The notes under the pieces: model-generated
Database searches by the model: none
Seen by the model: the letters and a program-made list of their open reading frames with translations, nothing else
What the model was told of the DNA's origin: nothing
Position numbers and translations under genes: made by a program
Part shown: one piece after another, positions 49,045-62,030 of the stretch
Layout of the letters: the number at the start of each line of letters is the position of its first letter
Position numbering within the stretch: position 1 is the stretch's first letter
Source: Antedon mediterranea
Taxonomy: Eukaryota > Animalia > Echinodermata
Direction: 5' to 3'
DNA length: 64,000 bases
Assembly: GCF_964355755.1 (NCBI RefSeq)
Contig: NC_092679.1
Span: 2,882,201-2,946,200 of the forward strand

Positions 49045-52000
49045 TTACCGAATAGAACATATAGTTTATAGTATATTTTTAACTTTGACACCGAAAGTAT
49101 AGATTATACACCACGTTCTCAAAGCTTCCTTCCCCGCCGGCCATTCGACAGGTGCGCAGAGACCTATTGTACTCCATTTTAAACCAAATTCTCGTTGGCC
49201 CAACTAACTTTTCTGTGAAAACCATTTTCTTCATATTTTTTAATCTAGCAAACACACAAGGTACGAAATGCGACAGTTTCTAGGATAAAAACATGTTAAT
49301 CCCTCACACCTCTGATTACATAATAATCAAACTGTCTTCGCTTGAATGATCACAGATGTGTGATATCGCTTCACATCTGCTACGAGTAGTGTCGTCACAG
49401 GTGCGCAGTGACGCGCGCAATATCGATTATTGATCAAAAACAGGAAACAAATGTGTGAATTTACCAATATATGTTATTGATTAGGTAAAGTAAACAACAT
49501 AACTCATCACAAGATAAAATAAAAACACCCTTGTTTTTTTTTATTTCAAAAGTCAATTGATTTAATAAGAAACGATAAGAGGAATGTAGTGTGTGAACAT
49601 GCCATTAGTAGGAGAAGGAAGACTTACTAAAAGTGTGTTTCACGCTTGGACGCAACTTACAACGACGTAGGTGCAACGCAAATGAGTTGACCAATCACAA
49701 ACGATCCATCGTGCCGTGATTGGTCAAACTTGCGATGCGCTTACGTGAGAGAGAACGGCAAGCTTTACGTTGTTTCTGTCGAGTACTCTACTCAGACTAG
49801 TTTTCAATTATTTGGTAGCGCCCTCTATCTCGTCACATAAAAATGTTTCAGACAGTCGTAGTGTACAAACAGGTATATAACATTTTACCGAGGAAAGACA
49901 AAATTCCAATTCAAGTTGTTCTGCTAGATGTTCACACATCTTTCTACAATAACGTAAGCTTTGATGGCGTAAGCTATAGTATTAATAATTAGTAAATCCA
50001 AAGTTAATTATTGAAGAATGAATGAATTAATTGGATGGGTTCAGATAGGTCAGTAACATGCCTTAGTTATTGTAATAAGTAGTCTACCAAGTATAGAATA
50101 AACGCAGTATATTTACTATAGCATTATATTACAGGGTAAATAAAAGGTAAATAAGATTATTTAATCAATCCCCTCCCAAAATTAGGGACCACATAGTTTT
50201 GAGTGATTTCGCCCTCTATGTCAATCTTATTAGTTATTAGCCTGATTTTACAGTCTGACTTTTGGATAACCTGAATATTAGTATTATATTAGGCCTATAC
50301 ATTATATTTGTTTATCTTCCAAAACTACTATCGTATTACTAATACTAACTACTGTACCGTACTCTCTATTTAGAAGGGAAAACAAAAGGTGCCACCATGG
50401 TTAAGTAAGATGTATGACATAAAAATATTTTTGTTACTCAATTGTATTGTAATAATGAATAAATAATAATAATCTGATGATAAAGTGACAATACTTTACG
50501 ATGAATTTTCGCATTGTTAGGGTGTGAACAAGCGTAAGATTCTTTTTAAAAAATGATAAAATTAATATGCTAGAATTGTCAAAAACAAAGAAATTGTTTA
50601 AAATAGGTGGCGCTGTTTACAAGAAAATCAAAGAAGATCGCATTTTTTACCTTCACCGCGAAAAGAAAAGATTGAAAAATGGGGAACAAGTTAGGAAAGG
50701 GAAAAACATCTTACGATCTAAAGGCCGCAGACGGAGGCAAACCAAATAATGTAGAACCTAAAAGTTCAAAGAAGAAAAAGAATAAGGGCAGTAAGGTAAG
50801 TAAATAATTTGTTTATTCAACATTAACAACACAACGTGTGTTTCGGCTGGCTGCCTCATGTGTGGTAAAAACACGCCCTGCTAGGAGGATCAGGGAGCGA
50901 GACAACGTGAAGCGTCAACCGGTGGTTTGTGGTAACGAAAAGAAAATGGCCTACCTTTCCGTTCATTCTCCTCTTTATTTTTGCACTATTTCTAGTCATT
51001 TTGATTAGATATTTTAGCTATACAATGATTTTATTTAGCATAGAGCACAGAGTGGATTTCAACATGTTATTTTCATCATTTTATTTTCATCACTCATCCA
51101 GCTCTCAACCCATCAACCTCCTTTTTATCAATATATCATCATATTCATAATTTATCCATACATTAAAATAACACTTTGTTATGAATAAATAATAAGTAAT
51201 GATTTATTCATTCACATTGATTACACAAAAGTCTTTTAAAAAATGATGGAATGTCATTAATTAATATTTCAAATTAATAAATAAGGTATTTAATTAATCA
51301 ATTTTTCTTTTTTGTTTTTTATAAATTGTCACAAACCATAACCCATGGGGAAGTACTTTGGTAAAGTATATAATTACTGTGTACTCTGACACCATAAAAT
51401 GTAATGACACCATAAAACAATATTGTAGTGATACAGTACAACAAGTTTGATTTAAAATCTAGGTATTTTTTAATTAAGAATAATTTTAAAACAACAAAAA
51501 AATTCTTAAATCATGTAACAATTTAGAAATAATTGCTCTGCCATACCGAGAAGAACGGTCTTCATAGCATCCACATAATATTGATTACATTATGTACAGA
51601 TATATCTGCTATGATGATAAGTTGCGTACTCTTGCTTACTCATGCGTTTCGTTCCAAAGTAGCTGTGCATAGTCTATTGATTTTAAGATGCTTTTGTGGG
51701 AGTGATTGGCAGGAATGGGAAAAGTGGAATTGATTGCTTGAAACACCGGTGCCAATCAAATACATTTAAAAATTTTAATTTTTGAACCACCGGTGCCAAT
51801 TAAATACATTACAAATCTTTGTTACAAAAAAGGTTTAATCTATTAAATGAAATATTTTTCTATTTTAAAATCATTATTTCTTCAACTATATAAAATTTTA
51901 TACTGCCATATTATTTAAAGACACGATATAAACATGGTTTTTCTTGTATATTTAATTTTTATTGAATTGTAAAATATCTAATTATTTTTAATTATTTCCA

Positions 52001-53009
52001 TATGTATGATTTTACATTCGTATTTAATATTAAATATATAGTCTGCTCTGCAATAACAAATGTACAAATAGCTTTTGATGTTTTTTTTTTCGTAGAACAT
52101 TAATGTTGTACACTAATTCCAACTTCCCTCCGGAGACGTTGAATTTCCGAAAATTACTGTAGCATGATGCATGTTTTGACAAAGGAAAAAAAACTTCATG
52201 CATACATTTTCACTCAACTTAAGTGTAATGTTAAGTTTGAATGTTAACTAAAGTATTATTGAAATGAACAAAGATTTCAATTTTTATGTAAAAGAGAAAA
52301 AAGCTTGAATACTCGGACTGAAATCAATAGAATTTAAACAATTCAGAAAAGAATAAAAAACAAAATTGAGGTTGAAACATAGATTTTTATATAGTAATTA
52401 TAAAATTTACTCTGCGATTGGAACTAGTCAATATTTAGAAATATTCATAATTTATACCCAAAAATAGTAAATATACTGTACCTCCAATTTTAAAAATGTT
52501 ATTTGTATTATCAAGTACTGTGTGACATCATTATTTACTGTATCTTCAGTCTTGTCATGATATTAATTATACAGTATTTGGCCTTCATTTGTTCTATATT
52601 AATTAAGATAGTATAGTATTCCTTTTTTTTTTATTAAAAATTAAATTTTAAATTAATACAGTAAATTAAACTGCACAGTACAGTACCACAATCATACCAT
52701 CATATTTTCACACATGGCCTATTTATTACTACAATATAGTTACTTGATATTGGAACAGGTATATTTTATTAAGAAATATTCCTTATCTGTACTTTAGTGC
52801 TGGTTGGTGATTTGCTAATTCCAAAAGGTAGATGTCATTATGACTTGGAAAGTGCATGGTCACTCACTCACCACTAGCCCAACTTCCTATATCCTGTTGG
52901 TCTTGAGTAAATGAAATATTAATTGTACCCAAGTACTGTAAATAGTTTTAGCTTGATTGATGTTTTTATAATAAAGTTATATTTTAGGAGTCCCTGTTGT
53001 AGGTTTATT

Positions 53010-53290
53010 TCAAGGTGGGCCTACAGTATTCGAAGGTGGGCTTACATACAGTACTTTATCCAGAGGGTGGGCTTATTCTATGGTGGGCTTACTGTATGCC
53101 AGAGAGTGGGCCTATTCCAATATGGGCTTATTCCAGAGTGTGCTTATTTGAAGGTGGGCCTATTCCAGGGTGGGCTTGCTGTATCCCAGAGTGGGTTTAC
53201 TGTATTACAAGGTCTATTCCAGTTGGCTTACTGTATTCCAGAGGGTGGGCCTACAGTATTCCAAGGTGGGCTTATTCCAGGGTGAGCTTG
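53010..53290. repeat. Irregular minisatellite GTGGGC(T/C)TA(CTGTA)TTCCAGAG
   Basis: About 14 units of 17-23 bp. It explains ORFs 52923-53285 and 53015-53299. Confidence 0.85.
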
Positions 53291-54996
53291 ATACATTGAT
53301 GGTACAGTATTTCTAAGAGGATATTTTCGCCAGTTTACTATAATTAATAGTGCAGTCAACCAAATGAGCTACATAAAAAACTCATTTAAAAACTTTACAA
53401 AACTTGGATTCATACTCCAAATTCAGATTGATATTTTAATCAAAAATAAAAATAAAAAGGTTTCATGAAGATACAGTAATTAATTAACTGAGGTTGAAAA
53501 CATTCATCTGGTTTACTGAGATATAAATTAAATGATTTTAAGTGGAAGCTTACTAATGAATTTAAACGCCACAAAATCAGTGAGTTGATAATTTATAAGT
53601 TAATGACAAACGTTAAGTTTAAATGTCTATTGGGGAAGTGTACTAACACGATTTTGTAGTTGTAGCAGGTTAGTTCAGGAGAAGTTGTTTCCGACGCAAT
53701 ATTTGACCGACTAAAACAAGACAAGTGTTGAACAGTATTGAAGGATACTGTTTAACATGGTTTAATTTAGCTAACCCTAAACAGTTGTATTTGACAAAAT
53801 TTCCAATACCAATGACAGGTACTGTATTGGCAATTATAAACATATTCATATGTGATAGATCTAGCCGAACACAAGGACAACAAAGAGATGCGTTGTGTTT
53901 TACACCAGCTGTCTACAAGTGCCTAGCCTGTAATTATTAGGCTTACCACTAATAAAATGTGGTTTTATTTATTTTTTTTTAAGAGAAAGAAAGACTGTTT
54001 CATTTTATTTTTCTTCCATCCAAACAAAGAGATTTTAATATAAAATTATTGCTTTGTGATATATTACTGTTCTGTATCAATTCATATTTTGCTATGAGAA
54101 TATTCTACAGTATTGACATTATTACATTTATTTAACATTGTATTGAATAATAAATAAATTGTTCCTTTTTTTTAAACAAAATATATTTCATTTTACCCAT
54201 TTCATTTCAGTATAAAAATATACTGTAAAGACAAGATTTACATTTATTGTTGCATTTGATCGTATTTTTTCAAACAATAAAATATATTTAATTTTATTCA
54301 TTTCAGTATAAAAATATATAGAAGGTATATATCTCGCATCAATGTGAAGACAAAACAATATTTGATACTATATGATAATTTATTTATTGTTTGTTCTATT
54401 GAGAAAAAAATGTAGAAATTTGAATAGCCACATTCTACCATTCTCAATTCCTTTAAGTTAATTTATTTCAAGAAAACGTTTTTCTTTAGTATTTTTGGTA
54501 TTAATTGGTTGCCACTGGAATGCAATGACGTGCATTCAATCCAAGTGCATTGACCAATCAGAAGCGACGGTTTGGATGATCCATTGCATCATGATTGGTC
54601 AAAATTACTTGCGGTACGCTTACAAATCCTTGCGTTGTGACCAAGTGCGAACAAAATTTTATGATATTTTCACTTAAAAAATCTTCCCAAAATGTGTTCT
54701 TCATTCGGATCCAAAGTGATAGAAGGTGAAATCGTTAACTTCCTGTAGTTGAGTATCCGGAACAATCGGCACTTCCTAGGAACTGGAGCAGGCTTATTTG
54801 CCAACCCTCAACAGCTAATTCAGGATGTGGTGTGGTTTTAACACTTTGATTTGGCCTGTTTTTATGTTATTACATCAACCTGTGACTATCCAGTTTTTTT
54901 TTTTTATGTGCTCAATTCCACGTATATAGCCAGGAGGGTTTGAAAGTTCAAACGACCCACCTTTTCCTGAAGTGCCGTTTTGAAAACAAGAGACCA

Positions 54997-55182
54997 TAGG
55001 TGTCCCCAGAATATAGCTTTTGCCAGAATAGAGGTGTTCCCAGAATGGAGGTGTCCCTAGAATGGAGGTGTCACCAGAATGGAGGTGTCACCAGAATAGA
55101 GGTGTCACCAGAATGGAGGTGTTCCCAGAATAGAGGTGTCCCCAGAATAGAGGTGTCCCCAGAATAAAGGTGTATCCAGAAT
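54997..55182. repeat. 18-bp minisatellite CCAGAATRGAGGTGTCMC
   Basis: About 9 tandem units. Confidence 0.88.
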
Positions 55183-55647
55183 ATAATTTTACACAGAATG
55201 TGTTTTTTTACTGTACTGTACTTTTTATAGCAATCAAATCTAGGGAAGCTATAAAATAAAGTAGAACATCATGACAAATAATTATGTAAAATTTGCATGA
55301 ACCCCTGTGAACTAATAATAAATCAAAACAATTCACTTAAAGTAAAATAAATGTCATTTTAAAGACATATGAGTTATATAAAGAAATCGTGGTAGAAAAC
55401 ATTTATAGATTTATCGTTTAAAGAAGTATGCAATCTGTAGAGATGTGGGTATGTCCTAGCCTGTCTACTGATGACACCATAATGATTTATTAATAATCAC
55501 AGATGCTTGAGTCACAAACAGCAGTGTTGGCTTTAGTTCAGATACACCCCAACATACCAGATAATACATGCATTTTTGTCCGTGCTATCAAATTGAGTTT
55601 GTGCTTTTGGGGAACGGCCAAAAGTGTCAATAAAAAAAGCTATACGG

Positions 55648-55730
55648 TATATAAAAACATCTAATTTTGTGTTTTGTGATACAATACATATTTGTGGAGA
55701 TGGGAACATCGCTAGATAAAATGGTAAGTA
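55648..55730 (+). promoter_or_regulatory. Putative TATA promoter and first exon ending in ATG
   Basis: TATATAAAAA at 55648, and AAAATG|GTAAGTA at 55718-55730 about 70 bp downstream. Confidence 0.3.
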
Positions 55731-56987
55731 TGTAACTTTGGTATTTTGTGCTGTTTTTTTCTGAAGTGATGCAAGTCCGTATGAATTTCATATTATTAGC
55801 CTACAGTAATAGTTGTGAAGATGGATGGATCAGACAACCATTTACTGTAGTTATAACCAGAGCCTATACTGTACATAGTGTAGTGTATAGCAAGACCTTA
55901 CAATAGGATGAAGGCGAACTGTGGACCTTATGTAAAGCTTCTATTCACCACACTCTCCTCACTGTTGAAAAATGAAATCAGTCTTTTTATTACACAACCT
56001 GGGTTTATATAACTCATATTTTGATTATATCTACAAAATGTAACAACTTGTAACCAGGTTTGCGAAGTGTGAAGACAATTTTCTGGAAATTCTCCAGATA
56101 TTTCACAGAGGATCCTTGTGAATCAAACCCGGTTACAAGTTGTAACAATTTATGCAGATTTGAAAAGGGTATATTGAATGTTTAATGACAGGCATTGATC
56201 TTGAACCTTTGTTATAAAATAAGCCTAATAAAACCACTTTTGTATAATTTGTGAATTTAATCTTGTATTTGAGCTTGATAGTAAATACACAGTGCCCATG
56301 ACACTTGGTCTTGTTGACAAATGGTGTTTGCAAAACCATGAACTAAATCTATTCTTACTGTAAGCAGTTATTTACAAGATATTTAACATTATTAGCAGTT
56401 ACAGGAGTACAGTAGCCTACTTTACTGTACATAGAGACTACTGTACTTTCATAGAGCCAGGCTGTTTGTTGCGATGCTAAATCTGCTTCGTGCCTAACTT
56501 ACCTGGATAAACCAACATAGGATTTTCCCCTCTAAGGAGAAAACACGAATTTCAAACTAACAACAACTTTAGACACCCTTTCAATACAATAGCATTGTCC
56601 ATGCATACCTTACAAATTCATACTGTAGAATCACTAACATTTGTTGCATTACCTAGTAAACATGAATTTAAATATTTTGGGTACTGGCCATACCGTCCAG
56701 TGCAGGAGCTATCAGTAATTTTTATTTATAATTTGTGTATTGTGACACAGTACATTCATGTAGCTATAGGTTAAAGGTTATTTCATTTCAGTACATACAG
56801 TATACTAATATTTATAATAATAATATTCTTGTTTTGGCAATCTTCCAATGTAAAGTGTAACAAAATTGACTGTATTGCTTTCAATTCAATAATGGCAACA
56901 AAATGTTTTGACAATGTCAAATATCTGTATAGGAATAATGGATTTCCTAAAACCATCAACCATTGTAGGTCACTGTGCCTGGGTAAT

Positions 56988-58167
56988 TGAAACCTGGAGT
57001 CCCATGTACTTCACGGTTTTGAATTCTAAAATTGCAAATTAAAACTATTTCATAGACATTTTTATAGCTTTCGTTTGGGGACGGTAGATGATAATTTAAC
57101 AGACTGTAATAGCTCGTATAATGGATACATTCTACCGGCTAAATGTGGTGGCTAAAATGTACAGAAAAAATATAAATACCCTGTATCTTGATTAAATTAT
57201 CAGAAAGAAACCAACAATCAAGTCAGTCCACAAAGTTCTCAATTCTTGATTAACAAATTCCTGTACATTAGTAAATAGAAAGTCTTTTAAAAAGTTGTTT
57301 ACACTTCAATGCAAATTGTGGTTTAGCCTAAAAAAAAAAAATTATAAAGCAATTTGCTCGATTCGATTCCACCCATCATGATCATATGATACACCACACA
57401 TGTTACCATAATTCAGTTTATCACACATGAATAAAAATATCATAGATAGTAAATAATAGAGGGCTATAAAATATATTTGCTTGTATCAAAACTTTATTTT
57501 TCAAACCAATTTGTAACAAAGTGCATTGGGTCGTATGTTTATTAACGTATATTTAGGTTGATGTCTCCTGCCCATACGACTATAAATAAGGAATTGTCAT
57601 GTGACATAATATTGGACGTCATTGTATGGAATGTTTTTCTTCATTTATGAATTAAATAATTTGTTCAAAATCAGATTGTAACCTTGATTTTATCCAGGTC
57701 CATTTGTTCTATTGTAAATTAATAGAAATGTGCAGATTAGGCCAAATAGGAGAAATGTTTAGTTTCTTCTGACCAGGATTTGAATATTTAATGAGGGCCG
57801 TTTCATAGTACTGTATATTGTGATGGACAGCACCAATGTCAGAATGATGTTTAGCCAAAATTGAGGCTAAACCACAATTCGAATTGAAGCAAAAAAAGGT
57901 ATTTATTTACCCTGGACATGTTTTATCAAGAATTGAACACTGAAATTATGGACAAATTTGTTGATGTTGGTTTCTTTTTGTATTCTTTCTGTACATTTTA
58001 GCCACCACTTTTAGCTGGTTGAATGTGTCCATTTTACACAAGCTGTGACGGTTTGTTAAATTATCGTCTACCGTCCCCAAACGAAAGCTATAAAATTGTC
58101 TATGAAACCGTTTTAATTTTTAATTTTAGAATTCAAAACTGTGAAGTACATGGGACTCTAGGTTTCA
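56988..58167. mobile_element. Foldback-type element with long inverted repeats (about 300-340 bp arms)
   Basis: TGAAACCTGGAGTCCCATGTACTTCAC...TTTCGTTTGGGGACGGTAG...GTGGTGGCTAAAATGTACAG is mirrored at 57862-58167. No TSD is evident. Confidence 0.8.
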
Positions 58168-59132
58168 CCTCTGAATGCTTGAATTTTTTTTACAATTGAT
58201 TAATAAAACTAGCTACTGCGTTTATGATAAATTTAGTAAAGAAAGTTATGCAACTCTAAAATTAGATCGAGGAGGGGAGGTGTAGATTTGAAATTAGTAT
58301 TTTTTTTTTATTTTGTCTTTGCTGCTTGGTAATCCTGATTGACATAATGAAAAATGAAATGTGAAATATGGATATGGAAAGATCTTTTTAAAAGAGATGG
58401 GCAGGTGGGAATAATCCAGGGAAAAAATGGGGGGGGGGGGGAGAAACTGGTGACATCCAATATTAAATTTAAATAGAAATGTACTTTTGTGTTATTATTA
58501 CAGTATACTATTCACGTAGGAAACTGAAATAACCATCATTCATTTTGCTGTTCTTGACGTTTGATGTAAAGATTTTCTTCTTGATAAATGCAAGAAATTG
58601 GTATTTCCAGGGGGAAAGGTGTAAACAGACTTTAGCAACCTCCCTCCCTAAAATTTAACACTCAGCCATGTCTTTTGTAAAATAAAATAATGACTATTTT
58701 TATTTTTTTGCAACCCGACGGATCGTTTATGAAATATTTAGCTACCTCTAATCTATAATGCAATTTAATTGACATAAATGCAAGAATTTGGTATTCTGGC
58801 AATTTTCCATATTATCATCACATGACTATACCTGTAGAAAGAATGGCATTTCATAATAAATGTTTAGAATTGTTTTGATTTTTAGTAGAACTCGTATAAC
58901 TTTCACTTTAATGGGTACTTCACCCTCTTCCAGTTGAAAGTTTAAAACATGTAAAAATTCAAAAGAGTGTACAACAATTTGTTATTATTATGCAACAGCT
59001 TAATGTCTCATATGAAGGACGAGGCAATAAGATCTTGCTTGACTCTGTGTACCTCTTTAGTCAAAGACTGTTCTCCCAGAGGGCCCAGTGAACTACCTGT
59101 AGTATATCCGGTATCCCCCTACTCAACTCTAA

Positions 59133-59958
59133 GGGCCTGTTTCTATTGAAAAATAAAAAAAGAACAGTTTTTTGGAAACCGATTTCGGCAGTTGTTTATA
59201 AATAAAAATCGCGTTGCAGCTCAATTTTTACTCCCAATACAACCGGTTCCGTCCATGTGCGTTCGTTATGAATGACGTCATTGTATACACCACAATGCAG
59301 TTCATTAGGCGGAAGCACGATTGGAGCGAGGTCATATTTACCTTTTTTTCGCATAGCGCGATCCCCAAGAATTGCATCCATTTCGTCATAGAAGGGGTAG
59401 GTAATCCTGTCATTATTACCTGAAACGTTATTGTGGTCTTTGGTTAAAGTATAGGGCCTAGGTACGTCGCACCCTCCGATATTGTCAAGTTGAACTCGTC
59501 TAGCTTTCACACGCATTACAATATTCTTAAAAACATGTATGTATTTGAGTGTTTCTTCCGATTCCCGGCAACTCCCCTCATCTTCTTCAATCTCCCCACA
59601 TATTATGAACCTCGTAATGACATCGGTCCACATTTTTTAGTTTAATAAAATATCTAGAGAAATAAAAATGACTAGGCCTAGGTCCTATCGCGCGGGTTTG
59701 ACTGCGAGTTGACCGCAATCATGCTGCAGAGTTCAGTTTTTGGGGTCAAATTGAGATTGTGTTGCAGCTAAAAATTGCTCCACGGAAACCGGTTCCAGAA
59801 CGGTTCTTTGCGATCGAGACCGCAATTAATTGAGGTTTTTGAAACCGTTTTTAAGATCTGTGTTTTTTTGTGGGGACCCATTTCTGCTAGCATGAAAAAA
59901 CCGTTCTTGATAAGAACGGTATTCAAAACCGTATTTTCTGCTCTATAGAAACATGCCC
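59133..59958 (-). mobile_element. Non-autonomous PIF/Harbinger element carrying a Myb/SANT-like ORF remnant
   Basis: TIRs GGGCCTGTTTCTAT / ATAGAAACATGCCC with a perfect TAA TSD on both sides. Confidence 0.85.
59196..59633 (-). pseudogene. Harbinger-associated Myb/SANT-like (trihelix) DNA-binding protein, internally deleted
   Basis: MWTDVITRFII...KDHNNVSGNNDRITYPFYDEMDAILGDR resembles the start and end of the Myb/SANT-like domain of the Harbinger second ORF. Confidence 0.65.
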
Positions 59959-61449
59959 TAAAGATGTACAGGTTCTTTAGTGAACATGAACCAGATGTGT
60001 CCACTGGACCTACGGTTTATAGTCCTTAGACGAGAAGACTTGTTTTACCACCAGAAGGATGGAGCGAGTAAGCACAGCTTCTTTTCCAAGTATTTTCTAA
60101 CATCCAATTGTTGTTACATGTAGTGCAATGTTCTCCCAATATAGAATTCAAGTCTGGGCAATTAAACCATGGAAGTACTATTTTTATATCTCCATGATTA
60201 AACAATGTCTGAATCCTAGGTGATGGTAGTAGTATGGCAGACATCTGTCGCAAAACGTCGTCAAATAGACAATTATTACGGAGGCCATTTCCTAATCATC
60301 TTGATGTTTGTTTGTGGATGGTCATGTTTTATCCCATTTTGCAGTATGAATTCACTGACTTTACATTTCTTACATCATTCAGTCAGATCTACGGGGCGCC
60401 ATTTAGAACATTACTAAATTTTGTTGACATAATATAATGTCCAGAACCGCGCCTCGTACAAATCCAGAATAGTATTATTCCAGTAAACCTTGCTGGTAAA
60501 AACTTGCTTTGGGAGAACGTTATTTAATTTTGTGAAATTAGACTTTTTTCATTGGTTTATTAGGTTGTCTCTCATTGCTTTTGTTGACTGCTGCCAGAAT
60601 TACTAACCTACTCTCTGTATGCAAGTAAAGCAAAGTGTTGCTGTTAACTGTTTAATATTCAGAACGCATCATACTGAATCATTTAAATTTTAAAGGCTGG
60701 GTGTACATTCTTATTAACATACATGGAATCATTCTCATTTGAATTTTGAGGATTGTATCCTACTTTACGGTATTCACTTTATTGAAGCTTGAACAATTTA
60801 CTGATTTTCAATTGAGACCTAATTTTAAAAAGTACTATACTGTATACAAATGTTTAGTTGTTATATAGCGCCCTGTAATTGTCTTTCCATATTGTTCTCT
60901 AGTACTTGTAAAATTCTGTCCAAAGAAGAAAAATATTTGTTTTTAGAAGGACGATGATAAAATAATAATAAATTTAGATTATTAAAAATGAAATAATTAT
61001 TTTGTTACTATTATTTTTCATTTAATTTCCTGTTATTTAATATCGAAATATTTTTTTTTAAATGAAAACCAATAATTATGAATATTTTATGAGAGCCACT
61101 ACATTCAAAGAAACATTTGCGGTACTATTACTACAGCATAATACCTTTATGCTATCAATGTAATATGACTCACAGCTATTTACTAAAAAAAATGATTTCA
61201 TTATTGTAATATGTTTATAATATTCTGACCTTATATGGATAATAATAATCATGTGTAATCAAATTCTTATATAAGTTCCTGTAAATGGAATTTTATATTA
61301 TTTGATATTTTTTATAAAATTACAATTTTGGCGCAATTCAGATTATTCTGCAATGCCACTTACATTTTTAATAAACTAGAATTGTTTGAATTGAAATCTC
61401 ATTCTGTGGTGTTAAAAAACCTATCCATAAGACACCTTTCCTCATATTT

Positions 61450-62030
61450 ATTAAGGGGACACTACTATTCATCGAAAGGACACCCCTATTCATAATGGGG
61501 AATCCCTGTTTATTAGAGGAAAACCCTATTCATCAAGGGGACAATCCTTGTATTCATCAAGGGGACTACACCCCTATTCATCAAGGGGACTACACCCCTA
61601 TTCATCAAGGTGACTACACCCCTATTCATCAAGGTGACTACACCCCTATTCATCAAGGAGACATCCATTGTATTCATGAAGGGGATGCCCCTTAAGGGGA
61701 CACCCTATTAATCAAGGGAACACCCCTATTAATCAAGGGGACACCCCTATTAATCAAGGGGACACCCCTATTAATCAAGGGGACACCCCTATTAATCAAG
61801 GGGACACCCCTATTAATCAAGGGGAATCCTTTGTATTCATCAAGGGGAATCCCTTGTATCATCAAGGGACACCCTATAGTAAAATATGGGTGAACCTATT
61901 AAACACCCTTACGAAGGGGACACAATTAAATTGTGAAACGAACGCAATACTGGTATGTACTGTAACACCAATAACGCCTATCCAGGGGACACTACTATTA
62001 TGGGGACACTTTGTATACGGGTCCCTTACT
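61450..62030. repeat. 21-23-bp minisatellite (ATCAAGGGGACACCCCTATT), related to a Tc1/pogo-like MITE subterminal motif
   Basis: About 18 units. The same motif occurs in reverse at 17286-17362 and loosely at 46332-46416. Confidence 0.85.

Larger units (their letters stand above)
59095..60056 (-). mobile_element. Deu/Nin-domain SINE split by the Harbinger insertion
   Basis: The flanks CCCCCTACTCAACTC and AGATGTAC...CACTGGACCTACGGTTTATAGTCCTTA...GAGAAGACTTG...ACCACCAGAA join to give the reverse complement of 13455-13580. Confidence 0.75.

Noticed and set aside
52923-53299. 120-aa and 94-aa ORFs
   Set aside because: They derive from the GTGGGCTTATTCCA minisatellite.
53765-53785. CTAACCCTAA as a telomerase RNA template or telomeric repeat
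   Set aside because: It is an isolated 10-mer in AT-rich sequence with no supporting structure.
60026-60437. Cluster of short ORFs
   Set aside because: There is no recognisable domain or consistent splice-phase model.
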